Of a stretch of 21,132 bases of DNA, positions 10,532-20,657 are shown one piece after another. The notes beneath the pieces were generated by a model, which saw only the letters and a program-made list of their open reading frames with translations, ran no database searches and was not told the DNA's origin. The position numbers and the translations under genes are program-made. Position 1 is the stretch's first letter, and every line of letters begins with the position of its first letter. The DNA comes from Paraspadella gotoi (taxonomy: Eukaryota > Animalia > Chaetognatha): assembly GCA_051294375.1 (NCBI GenBank), contig JBJCIZ010001437.1:1-21132 (forward strand). The letters run 5' to 3'.

Positions 10532-11195
10532 GGAAGAGAGAGAGAGCTGGGGTGGGAATAGTGGAGGGTGGTGGGTTACAATATCTGCATAACGGTACTA
10601 GTTAACGTACTTGTGTACCAGAGTGTACACTCATTTCGTTCCAGCGATATATTCAAAATTGTAAAAAAAGATTTTTTAAAAAAATAATTTTCGATTGGTC
10701 TAATACTTATTTTTTAAAAAATTTGATCTCCGTGCATCGGGGCGTTCAATCGTAATTACGATTTTGAATATTTTTTAAACTGTTGATTATGAAACTTTAA
10801 GCTAAGGAAGCCAAGAATAGGGAGAAAAGTGAAAAAAGAAGTACCCAACTGTAGTTTCTGCCAAAAGTCATTTCATAAATATATTTTTTGACGAAATTAA
10901 AACTCAATCGCTGATCTCTTTTCTCATTTGTCTCTTTTTTTTTTAATTCGTAGAATTATTATCATCACGGAAATACCATATTTTTTTTAAAGGTTAAAAT
11001 CGATTTCGCATATAGTAAGTTATACGCTTATACGGCAGTTAGATACACAGCCGTATTGTTGTCATTTGGGAAAACGTCTGTTTTCAATCACACAAATGTT
11101 TTTACAAATCGCTCGGTTTTATTAAAAAAATTTACTATTTATTATTCAAAAACATTTCGTTAATCTCTCCCCCGCGAACGCACCGCAATGACGCA

Positions 11196-12184
11196 ATGAC
11201 ACCATCCTTCTACGCAACAGTCTCCTCTCTCTCTCTCTCTCTTCTCTCTCTCCCCTGCGTCACCAAAATTGGCGAACGCCACCCACAGTTGACGCAAGGG
11301 GGCTTGCGTCGGTCGATGCGCGCAACGCGTGTAAGATCGTCCAAGCGCGACGCAGACGACGAACCAAAAGAGCAGAAGTCTTTTCGAGGTGGGACCATCG
11401 ATCCTCTTCCCCGCAGCCGAGGTTGAGTAACAGGTAAGGTCGCGCTCCTGAGGGGCGAGAGTTTGAGAGAGATGAGAGAGAGGTTCGAAGACGGTAAGGC
11501 TGATTTTGGTTAAGTTCTACTCTCAAAGAAAAAAATTTACCCTAAAGTTTTCATATGATAGATTTCGAAAGAGAAAACAATGTTTTTGTTGATAAATGTT
11601 GGTTCAATAAAGCGACTCTTGATCGATAGATTTAGATTTTATATTATATTTTGACTTCAGAATTAGTGCCCGGTGGGTCTGGTGAGATTTTTCCCGTTCA
11701 ATTGGCCTTGGCATTTCGGAACTTCGGATCGGCGGTAGGCTTGCTACGGTTGTTTAACCGGCCCGTCCTGTTACCAAGTTATCTTGCCTGATTCGCTTGG
11801 ACCACTTAGGGTTCTGAGGGACGAAGCGTTTAGCATGAGGCCGCTATTACGGTTTTAGTTCTTTCTGAAAAAAGTCATATCTAACTGGTAGGATATTTTT
11901 TATGCCATAATGATTCTGTGTAAATGAATTTATTTTAAAAAAAAAGGTAAGGTTGAATGCAACAGCCGGCTCGGGTTGACTGTGATCCCATTTGGGATGA
12001 GGGTATTCTCACTGTTGGCTTTGGGGGCGTCTCACTCTCAGTGGACGCCTACAGTCACTGGGCTCGCGTAACCCTAGGGACGGTGGAAACTGTTGAAGGA
12101 ACACTAACGCTTAGGATTGTGTGTTCCCCCTCTGAAGCCAATGGATTTGGCAGGAATGACGCGTGGACCTTTGAGGCGGTGTGA
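11196..12184 (+). CDS. Possible hypothetical gene (segments ~11196-11433, ~11661-11860, ~11957-12184)
   Basis: GC-rich islands with a cag|gtaag donor at 11433 and a ttcag acceptor at 11660; no recognisable product; strand and frames uncertain. Confidence 0.25.
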
Positions 12185-12276
12185 TATACCCGCCAACAAG
12201 ATATCATTAATTGGACTGACAAACAACCCCATAAAAACAACAAACAACACAACTCATCCAGCGGCCATTCTCTGCC

Positions 12277-12663
12277 TTAAACTTTTTCGAATCGTTGCGT
12301 TTTCGACCGACGACGACGACGACGACGATCCGTACGACGACGAATATGTCCAGACGGACGACGACGACGACGACGACGACGACGCCGAGGACTTCTCGTG
12401 GTGATTACTTGCTCGAAATCATGGGCGGTCGGCTTCGCGTTTCGGCGGACCGTCGTCGTAAGGATTCGCTCGTCGTAGTCCGATTCACCGACCGCCGGGA
12501 GCGCCGCCGTACGGCGTAAAGGCGGGTCGTCGGCGGGGAAATTATCGGGATGGCGGGGAGAGTTGAAGACTGGAGGATGAGGGGGGGAAGAGGGGGAGAG
12601 CACGGGGAAGGGAGGATAAGTGGAGGAGAGAAGTGAAAGGAGAAAAGAAAGGGAGGGTGAATT

Positions 12664-12695
<32 letters not shown>

Positions 12696-14080
12696 GAGAG
12701 AGAGGAAAAAGTGAGAGAATTGAAAAGTAAAGAGATAGGTGTATTGTATAGATGAGAGAGAAAATGAGCAGAATAACTTGACATGAAGTTCTTCAATCTT
12801 ATTACAAATTGTAGCAGTTCTAGATTCATTTTCTTCATAACCTTTCGATTTGGTTTAATAAGAAATCTTATTTTACTTATTTTAGATATACTTTTAATAG
12901 TATTTAATTATAAATTTAAGTTTTCAATTAACAGTCAAAAATATTTCATTGTAGTTTCCACTGTAAAGAAGATTTAAAAAGACTAAGAAGATTTTTAACA
13001 ACCACAACCACCCAACCACGGACATCAATAGTCCCCCACAACTACAACTACAACCACGATTTTCCTCGTCTCCACAAATTTCTTCCTTCTTCTCATCGGC
13101 GCCGCTTGACGACGCCGACTTTCTTCCAACCGACGACGCGGATCGAATCTGGCGCTATTTCGGTTAATTGGGCGCTCGTTCGATGCCATCCGGCCGTTGA
13201 CGTTAAATCCGGCTTCCTCGGCCGCTGCGAATACGAAATCTCCCGGTTGTCGGATCACGATTTCCGGCTCCACGACGCCAGGGGATTCCGGCGTCGCGTG
13301 ACACAGATTCTGGCGTTTGCAATGCTGGACGGCTGCGGAGCCGGACGGCAATGGGCGGGTGTACCGGGCTCCGGGATGACCGTGCGATTGCTGCGCCGAT
13401 AGAGCGCTTACGTCGTTCCGGGAGAGCGTGGCGTTCCGTAGCGGGAGAGCGTTAGCGTAGGCGAACCATGTTCGCCATATCGCGGCGTCGATTTGGCATC
13501 GCTTCTGTCCCTCGAATCGAGCGCCGCTCGTTTTGGACGTCCGACGCCTGGGATTCGTGGACGGGTTACGCCTGAAGCCAATCTAGAGGGCGCGGCCCGT
13601 CGCGGGCGGCCCCGTCGGACGCCAAAGAGACGCCGGCGCGTTGCATTGAGGGATTCTCAGTTTTGAACTTTTTATATCAAATTTATCAATTTTCGCAGCT
13701 TTTTTTAAAAATTTAGGCGACTTAAAAACTTTAAGAAATTTCGGAATCTATAATCGAAATTTCTTTTAGTTTAACATTTTGATGTTAGTTTTTTAGGCTG
13801 TGATTTCCTACAAATAACTCAGTCTAACTTATTTAAATATTGAAACAACAAAACCGGCCCTCTTTATTTTCGAACAAAAATTAAACCTTGCTTCCCAACA
13901 AAAGAACAGTTTGTATTTTCCTACTAAAACCCAAACCTGGCAGAAAAGTGTTACTATTTTCTATGCCTCACGGGTCGCGCATTCGAAGGCGTCGCCCGTC
14001 GAATGTTATGTACACATTTTGGCTAAAGGAGACTAAAAATTAATTTCACGACATACAAAGTGCGTCAAAATGTGATTGAC
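12277..14080 (-). CDS. Hypothetical multi-exon protein with Arg-rich C-terminus; exons ~14080-13937, ~13655-13050, 12569-12277
   Basis: Minus-strand pyrimidine tract plus CAG acceptors at 14081 and 12570, donor gtttgg at 13936. The last exon is open for ~97 codons (FNSPRHPDNFPADDPP...RRRSKTQRFEKV*). Upstream exons are frameshifted. Confidence 0.4.
12309..12383. repeat. Two (GAC)n trinucleotide runs
   Basis: Read directly; gives poly-Arg/Val/Ser on the minus strand and poly-Asp/Thr/Arg on the plus strand. Confidence 0.9.
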
Positions 14081-14082
14081 CT

Positions 14083-14140
14083 GAGAGAGAGAGAAGAAGA
14101 GAGACGAGAGAGAACGAGAGAGAAGAGACGAGGAGAGACT

Positions 14141-14172
<32 letters not shown>
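14083..14172. repeat. Imperfect (GA)n
   Basis: Read directly. Confidence 0.9.
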
Positions 14173-14173
<1 letters not shown>

Positions 14174-14512
14174 AGGCGAGGCATAACATTTTTATTCAAA
14201 CTTAGATCAAACAAATGATAAATCTTCCCCGGTCGTCTTCGTTGTCGTCGTGTTTGCCGTCGTCGTCTTCAGAAGTTGGCGACTCCGTCCGAAATTATTT
14301 TAAGGACGAAATCTCATTGAAGATCCTTGAGGAATAATAATTAAATAAATTAATAATTAATTAGTTTAAAGAAAGCCGTAAATAAAGATACCAAGTTCAA
14401 TTAATCAAATCATAATTTTTCTTTCTCATTCTTGTAAATAATTCTGGAGTACTTAAAACTTTTTTCAATTGTTCATGTTTATTAAACAACTTCTATCTGA
14501 CAAAAAAACTAG

Positions 14513-14526
14513 ATATAACCAATATA

Positions 14527-14596
<70 letters not shown>

Positions 14597-14627
14597 CCAA
14601 TATATATATTATATATAACCAATATAT
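14513..14627. repeat. (AT)n microsatellite embedded in three ATATAACCAATATA units
   Basis: Pure AT run at ~14530-14595, with atataaccaatata once before and twice after. Confidence 0.92.
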
Positions 14628-14949
14628 CATCGCAGCCTATATAACGTAATCTGACCCAAACAAAACAAATTTTCTGGACCTGAAAACGATAACCTGGATT
14701 CGAACGTGAGCAGGATTTCCGCTGAGTGACAGACGGTCAGGAGGGAAGGAACAGGCACCCAGTCGATTCCTGTTTGAGAAGGAACAGGCTTGAAAAAGTA
14801 TAATCAAGTTTTATAATTATAATTTGACAAAAAGGCAAGACAGCTACTTTCTTACAGAAAAGAAACGGAGAAAAACAGGAAAAGGAATTTACTAATAAAA
14901 GTAAGAGGAACAAAGAGAATCAAAAAAAATAAAAAAAAAAAAAGAAAAT

Positions 14950-15194
14950 GCTCATCTTTTATCTTCCACCTTTTGCCTCCGTTTTCGTGGATTTTTTCAA
15001 ATCACGTGATTCTACGTCCAAATTGATTTTCCTCGTACGAACGGGACAAACTTGGGGAGAATTGCTGGAAGCTCTCCAGGATGTTGCCGGCCCAAGTTGG
15101 AGCTCTGCATGCTTGGAGTGGATGGAGAAGGGGATGACTGCAGGGTGTCTGTGGTCTGTCCGTCTTTCTTTCTCTCTCTCCTCTCTTCTCTTCT

Positions 15195-15260
<66 letters not shown>

Positions 15261-16489
15261 ACTTTCCAAAACTTCGCAACCCCTCAAAACTCCTTTCTAG
15301 AATGTCGTTTCCTACGAGGAACCAAGACAGACGACGTTGTCGACGCGACTGACGCATCTCTAAGAATCTTCCGCCGCTGCGAATCGCATCGTGGGAGACC
15401 CTGGAAGGCAGAGGTTGACCTTGGAGGCGGGACCAGCTTGGCGAGGGCGGGAGGCGGCGGGGCGCGTGGCGGTACGGCGCGCGGAACGAGATTACTCGGC
15501 GGAGGCTTTGATGATTTATTGATTTGATTGATTTCTTAGATTGATTTTTAATTGTGTATTGATGAATAATGATTGAAAAATTAATAATTGGGGTTTATTT
15601 TAATTGTTTATTGATTATTATATGATATACTTTATTTATCGATAATGACTGTTACTCATTGTGTCATCTCAATAGAGTGGATTGTTCACGACAGGTCTTT
15701 AATTTGCCTCACTTTTAATAATTAATTATTTTCGTCGTTTGATGATAGGGACTAATTCAATTTAGTACATATATATATACATAACAATTACAATACATAA
15801 TTACAATTACCCGTGTCATCCTTCACGATTTCCTTTTGTTTTTTCGACTTTTGTCTTTCGCTGTCTTTTGGCAAAAGTCTCACTCGAGGAGCAGTTGAGT
15901 TGACTGAAAATTACAAACGAAGTTGCGTCCCATCGTAAAAATTATTACAGCATATAACGATTTGACCTTTTTCTTTAAGAAAGTTTCGCAAAATAACTAT
16001 TTGTCGATGGAATATCGGAAGCAAGAATGGAAATCGGGATGCTTTCGTCTCGGATGAAATCAATTGATAATAAAAAAAGATGAAATGACTGTAAAATTGT
16101 TTTTGGTTCACAAATAGATACGAATGGATTTCGAATTTTAGATTGTGGTTTAGAGGAAATTAGAATAAAACTTTAAGAAGAATATAGAATGAATTTCCTA
16201 GATAATAAATTACCTAGTTAAATAATAAAAAAAAAAATCAATAAAAAACAAAACAAAACAAAAGTCAACAAATGAATCAATCCAACGAAATAACCCACCT
16301 GGCGGTGAGTTTGTTTCGCATTCTGAGTTCGTACCACCTGTGACGTCACTCAAACGCCTCGGACGCAAAACGGCAAAACGACGCCGCGGTCTCTTCTTCG
16401 GCGCCGAGACACGATTCCACGGAACGAGCGGCGGCCGCAGTGGACGGAGCGCCCGTCGAATCGGCTACGCGGAAGCGACGTAGATACAT
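14950..16489 (-). CDS. Hypothetical multi-exon gene (exons ~16489-16299, ~16070-15884, 15505-15263, 15155-~14950); weak SGNH/GDSL-hydrolase-like motifs
   Basis: Minus-strand donors ccag|gtggg (16298), cga|gtgag and aaa|gtgag (15262). Peptide pieces KVNLCLPG...VDNVVCL..VGNDIL join only after frame correction. Confidence 0.3.
15163..15260. repeat. (CT)n microsatellite
   Basis: Read directly. Confidence 0.95.
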
Positions 16490-17367
16490 TCGGGGCGCCG
16501 CAAGCTTTTATGAAAACTAAGCCAAATACCGCAGTCTCAAATGCAATATTTTATATTAAAGTAGTTAGTTATAAAACCAAGTTTTTTATTCGGTAGACAT
16601 AACAGCAGTTTTAAAGGAGACCATTCTTTTCTCGCAAAGAAATCCTTGGCGGACAAAGACAAACAAATCGAACTCTGCCATTCGCGTAAACAAAGGAACA
16701 GTTTTTGTTCTACCTTATTGAATCATATTTAAAAAATGAAGATTAAAACCATCAAGCACAAGTTTGGTAAAAATCTATATTATTTAAAATTACTCAGAAA
16801 TGTAAATTACAAAAGTCTATATGATTGTCCTCATAGCTTTGTTGCCTGCTCTTGCCCCCTTCATCAAAAAAAATTCCTTAAGACACTCATCTAAAAGCCT
16901 TTTATTCAAGTTAATTGGAATTCAATGATAATTACTAAGTAAGTCCAAATTAATGGACGGTTAAAGTCTCGGATCCACTCCTCCCTATAACTAAATATAA
17001 AACGATTCAGTATATATATATTCAGTTAATCATATTCCATTTGGCGCTGTTCATGGAGCTGATTGATCGTGGCCCGCAGGTCCAGCCCACAATACCCCGT
17101 CCTGCTATAGTGGTGCATCGGCTGGTTGTGAAGATAATCTATTTTGTGTTTATTTTTGACTTATGCGTACATTGTATTTTAAAAATTAAAAACAAATTTT
17201 TACTTGTATATACATTATTTAACAATTCCCAACTTTAATTTACATTCCAAAAATCACTGTACAAAAAAGTTTTCAATATTAAGGAAAAATACAAGCATTG
17301 TAACAAAAAAAAAATCATTGTCCGACAACGATATTCTTCATCAGCCGCGCCACCCGATCCTCAGCCC

Positions 17368-19769
17368 TCATCTGATCTTCGCCATGATCGCTTTCACGCG
17401 CCAGGGACTCGGACACGTGTTGGGCACGTGTTCGGGCAAAGAAGGGCGATGGCGCGAATCTCGAGGGATTCTCGAAGCGGAGCCGTCGACGGGTGCTTTA
17501 GGTCTTCACAAGGGAATTGTGCGAAAGGGCGAAGTCGAGGCCGGTTGTTGAGGACAGAGTCATACTGTTTGAAGAGTATTATCTATAAAAAATTAGTTTT
17601 GGAATTATTCAGAAAATAAAATTTGTTTGCTTAATTTTTTTTTCCAGCTTTTTTACTGATTTTAAAATTTTTAGAATAAATCACTAAAACTTATGAACTT
17701 AATCTTGCAGAAAAAAATAAAAGAATTTAGTTGATTAAATTGCCTTCACTGACCTCATCCGTCCTCAATTCAGGGAATAAATTACCACTTATTGACGGTT
17801 GTTATTTTTTCCAGAAAGCGCAAAATTTTCTGCCATAACAACTTAATAAAAACTTCATCTATTCTCATTTCATAACCGAAAAAATTCGCTGAGACATAGT
17901 CCTGTAATAAAAATATAAATCCTAAAATTTCAACTAAAATGTCAATAAAAAAAAATTTATCTTTTTTTATTATTTTGGAAATTAAATCAGCAATTTCAAA
18001 AAAAGGTAATTAAAATTAGTACAACCAATATAAAACTATTCATTCATTTCATAAACAAGGTATTTTGCCCCTGACTTTGTAAATAATATTTTCTTGTAAT
18101 ATAACAAGGAGATACTTACTTCTGATCCGATTCCCGGGGACAAAGACTTGAAATCCAATAAACACAAATGATGATTCACAATTGGTTCGTCGCTGATGTT
18201 CCTCCAAGAGTTGATGAAGACGAATCTTCCGCGCCTGAATCGAGCATCGAGTCCGCGGAGACTTGAAGCGAAAAATGCCTCAGCGGTTTCTGGTGTCGTG
18301 TCGCAGTGGATTCGGGAGGAAAATTCTATAAAATATATATATAAAACAATATAAATTAAAAAAAAATGTTTGAATCACTTTCATAAAAATAAATATTAAC
18401 CAATCACAAAGCAAAACAAAAAATCTTAAAAGGATAAGGATGGTCGCAATCGCATAAAAAAATCTGGACCCACTACAAACTTTGATTCTCAAAAAAGCAA
18501 ATTTGATATAAGAAAACACAATTTTAAACATAATCTTGGCTTTATACATAAAAAACAATATTAGCTTAGAAGTAAAAAACAAAAGAAATATCTAATAACA
18601 GATGAACAAACATGGACAAAAATATTTAAAAATATAAAACTGAAAAAGAACAAAAAAAGAAAAAAAAGAAAAAACTAAACAAAATAAAAAATAGAATGGA
18701 AAAAGAATGAAAGTACTAGGAAATATAAAATAAATTTAAAAAAAATATTAAAAAGTAATAACGATTTGCCACACATAAGAAATAATAAATGAAATAAAAC
18801 AAACATGTAGAGAACCAAAAAAAGAAAAGAAAGAAAACGTAAGAGCTGAAAAAGAAAATAAGAATAAAAAAATGAAATGAATGAATAAAATAAAATAAAA
18901 TGATTTGAATTAAATGAATTTATTGAAATGAATTAGATAAAATGAATTGAATGAATGAAATAAATTGACAGAATGAATTAAATTTAAAATATATAAATGG
19001 CCTTAATTTGGCCATACTTTCTATAAATGTCCATTGAGATTCGATTTCAAGTGACTTATTCTTATTTTCTTACCTCCATCGTCAATAGGATTAATGACTT
19101 GGCTCACTCTTCCGTTTCTGATTTGGTGATTTAAACAAGTCACGATCTCAGCGCCCGTCAATCTTTTGATACAATCTTCCGTCTCTTTGTAATAAACGTC
19201 GATGATTTTCTGGTGATTGGAACGAAATTCATTTGTGGTCAACGAAGTTTCACATTTGACGAGTTGAAAAGATTCGTTGTCGATTGTGAGGTCAAGATCT
19301 CTGCCGTCGCGAATCGTGACTTCCTACGATGGAGAAAAGAGTTTATCGATATTATTAATATTATTAATATCATAATGATTATTATTATCTAAAATCGTCC
19401 TCATAAACAATTCACAATTCATAAGAGTAGGTATTCTACCACTTGAAAACTGAAGAAACTAGGTATGTTTTTAACTCCTAAACTTATAAGAGGGATTGAG
19501 GCTTAAACTCGCCATAGTCGGGAGATCGATAGCTTATTCATTAAATAAATGGATAATTTTATATTGGTTTATCAATTTCGTATTGTTTTAGTAATTACTA
19601 ATTAGGGGGCTTTAACGAAAATTAAAAATGTCACCACCCGATTTAAACATACCTTGATCACGTTTTTCCCTCCCTTCACCGATTCGCCCTCTCCTCTCGA
19701 GAATCCATAGAGGTAAGGTTTAGGTCCGTTCGGATCCACATAACTCATTTTCGCTTTCACGTCCGTCAT
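17368..19769 (-). CDS. CmcJ/NvfI/AsaB-like (GA4-desaturase-like) Fe(II)/2-oxoglutarate-dependent oxygenase; 5 exons: 19769-19653, 19323-19074, 18325-18120, 17901-17754, 17582-17368
   Basis: Exons 1-3 splice at GT-AG in compatible phases (0, 1, 0) into 191 open codons: MTDVKAKMSYVDPNGPKPYLY...|EVTIRDGRDLDLTIDNESFQLVKCETSL...YYKETEDCIKRLTGAEIVTCLNHQIR...|SRIHCDTT...GRFVFINSWRNISDEPIVNHHLCLLDFKS. Exons 4-5 give (H)KW(Y)LFPELRTDE|IILFKQYDS...(HNS)...APLRESLEIRAIA. All family blocks are present, including the HxD iron motif and RxSxExR. Exons 4-5 contain apparent insertions (errors or decay). Confidence 0.88.
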
Positions 19770-19986
19770 CTTGTTTTTATCGCGACGAAGAAAAAATTTT
19801 GGTCTTTTTACTAATAAGTTATAAAAGCGATTGTTCTTTTTTTACAGAATAATTTTTTTTACGTTTATGCCCATAAGAAGCAGAAAAAAAACTCTCACAC
19901 TATTTTACCATAATAATTAATAAGTAAACTACACATAATTTTTTTTTCTTTTACTATTCGATTAACGCTTATAGAATGTTGAAACC

Positions 19987-20053
19987 ATTTATTAAAATCG
20001 GCTCAAAACATGATCAACTAAAATTTATTAAAATCGGCTCAAAACATGATCAA
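19987..20053. repeat. Exact 31-bp direct duplication upstream of the oxygenase gene
   Basis: atttattaaaatcggctcaaaacatgatcaa at 19987-20017 and 20023-20053. Confidence 0.92.
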
Positions 20054-20366
20054 TATCTTTGGTCCTGAGGAAAAGAAACGGATTATTGTAAACAATACAA
20101 AAATGTTTTGTCTTTCATTAATTACATCGGAGGTTCATGTTTCGAGATGAGTAAAATTCCTTTAAACTAAAACTAGGTGAAGAGGTGCGTATATGTGCAG
20201 TGCACATTGTGCGCATATAACTTGGATGAACATTTTATTTTTATTATCTGCGTCGAAAAACCGAACTTCACCCATCGAGAGATAATATCTTTGTCTGTAA
20301 ACATTTGGTCGCGAAATAAAAACCTAATTAGCCGAAAGAAGGGTGAAATTCAGGCCATCCAAGAAA

Positions 20367-20657
20367 GTTAGACCAGGTCACCGAGAGGAGAGAGAGAGAG
20401 AGAGAATATAAATTAAGGACCAAGATGAAACCAGTAAATTGCGAAACGTTGTTACTCTGAACATCAATTATTTTAACTATACAATACTCTATAGTCAAAA
20501 CTCTATAACTCTATAACCCTTCGCCAGGTCCCGAACAACCAAGCTAGACCAGGTTAGACAAACAAAGGTTAGAAAGGTTAAACAAAGGTTAAACAAACTA
20601 GGTTAGAACAACCCTGTTAGACCAGGTCACCGGAGAAAGAGAGGTAGAGCAATATTT
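20367..20657. repeat. Composite repeat: GTTAGACCAGGTCACCG+GA tract direct repeats bracketing ACTCTATA x3 and AGGTTA x5
   Basis: Identical 17-mer at 20367-20383 and 20616-20632, each followed by a GA-rich tract and AATAT. Confidence 0.75.

Noticed and set aside
11490-11512. Spliced-leader RNA (ggtaag followed by the Sm-like GATTTTGG)
   Set aside because: Donor-to-Sm spacing is too short and there are no supporting stem-loops.
12530-12569. FNSPRHPDNFP as the start of a CUB domain
   Set aside because: The following Cys/Trp and beta-strand pattern are absent.
14690-14792. Minus-strand B-box GTTCGAATCC plus repeated AAGGAACAGGC as a tRNA or SINE
   Set aside because: No cloverleaf, paired T-stem or convincing A-box.
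16299-16489. In-frame TGA (16348-16346, minus strand) as evidence of UGA=Trp/Sec recoding; similar cases near 4708 and 8299
   Set aside because: An alternative frame reads through without it, indel noise is widespread, and conserved Trp sites in the oxygenase use TGG.
18280-18582. 100-aa hydrophobic ORF
   Set aside because: Mostly the T-rich intron 2 of the oxygenase gene, read out of frame into exon 3.
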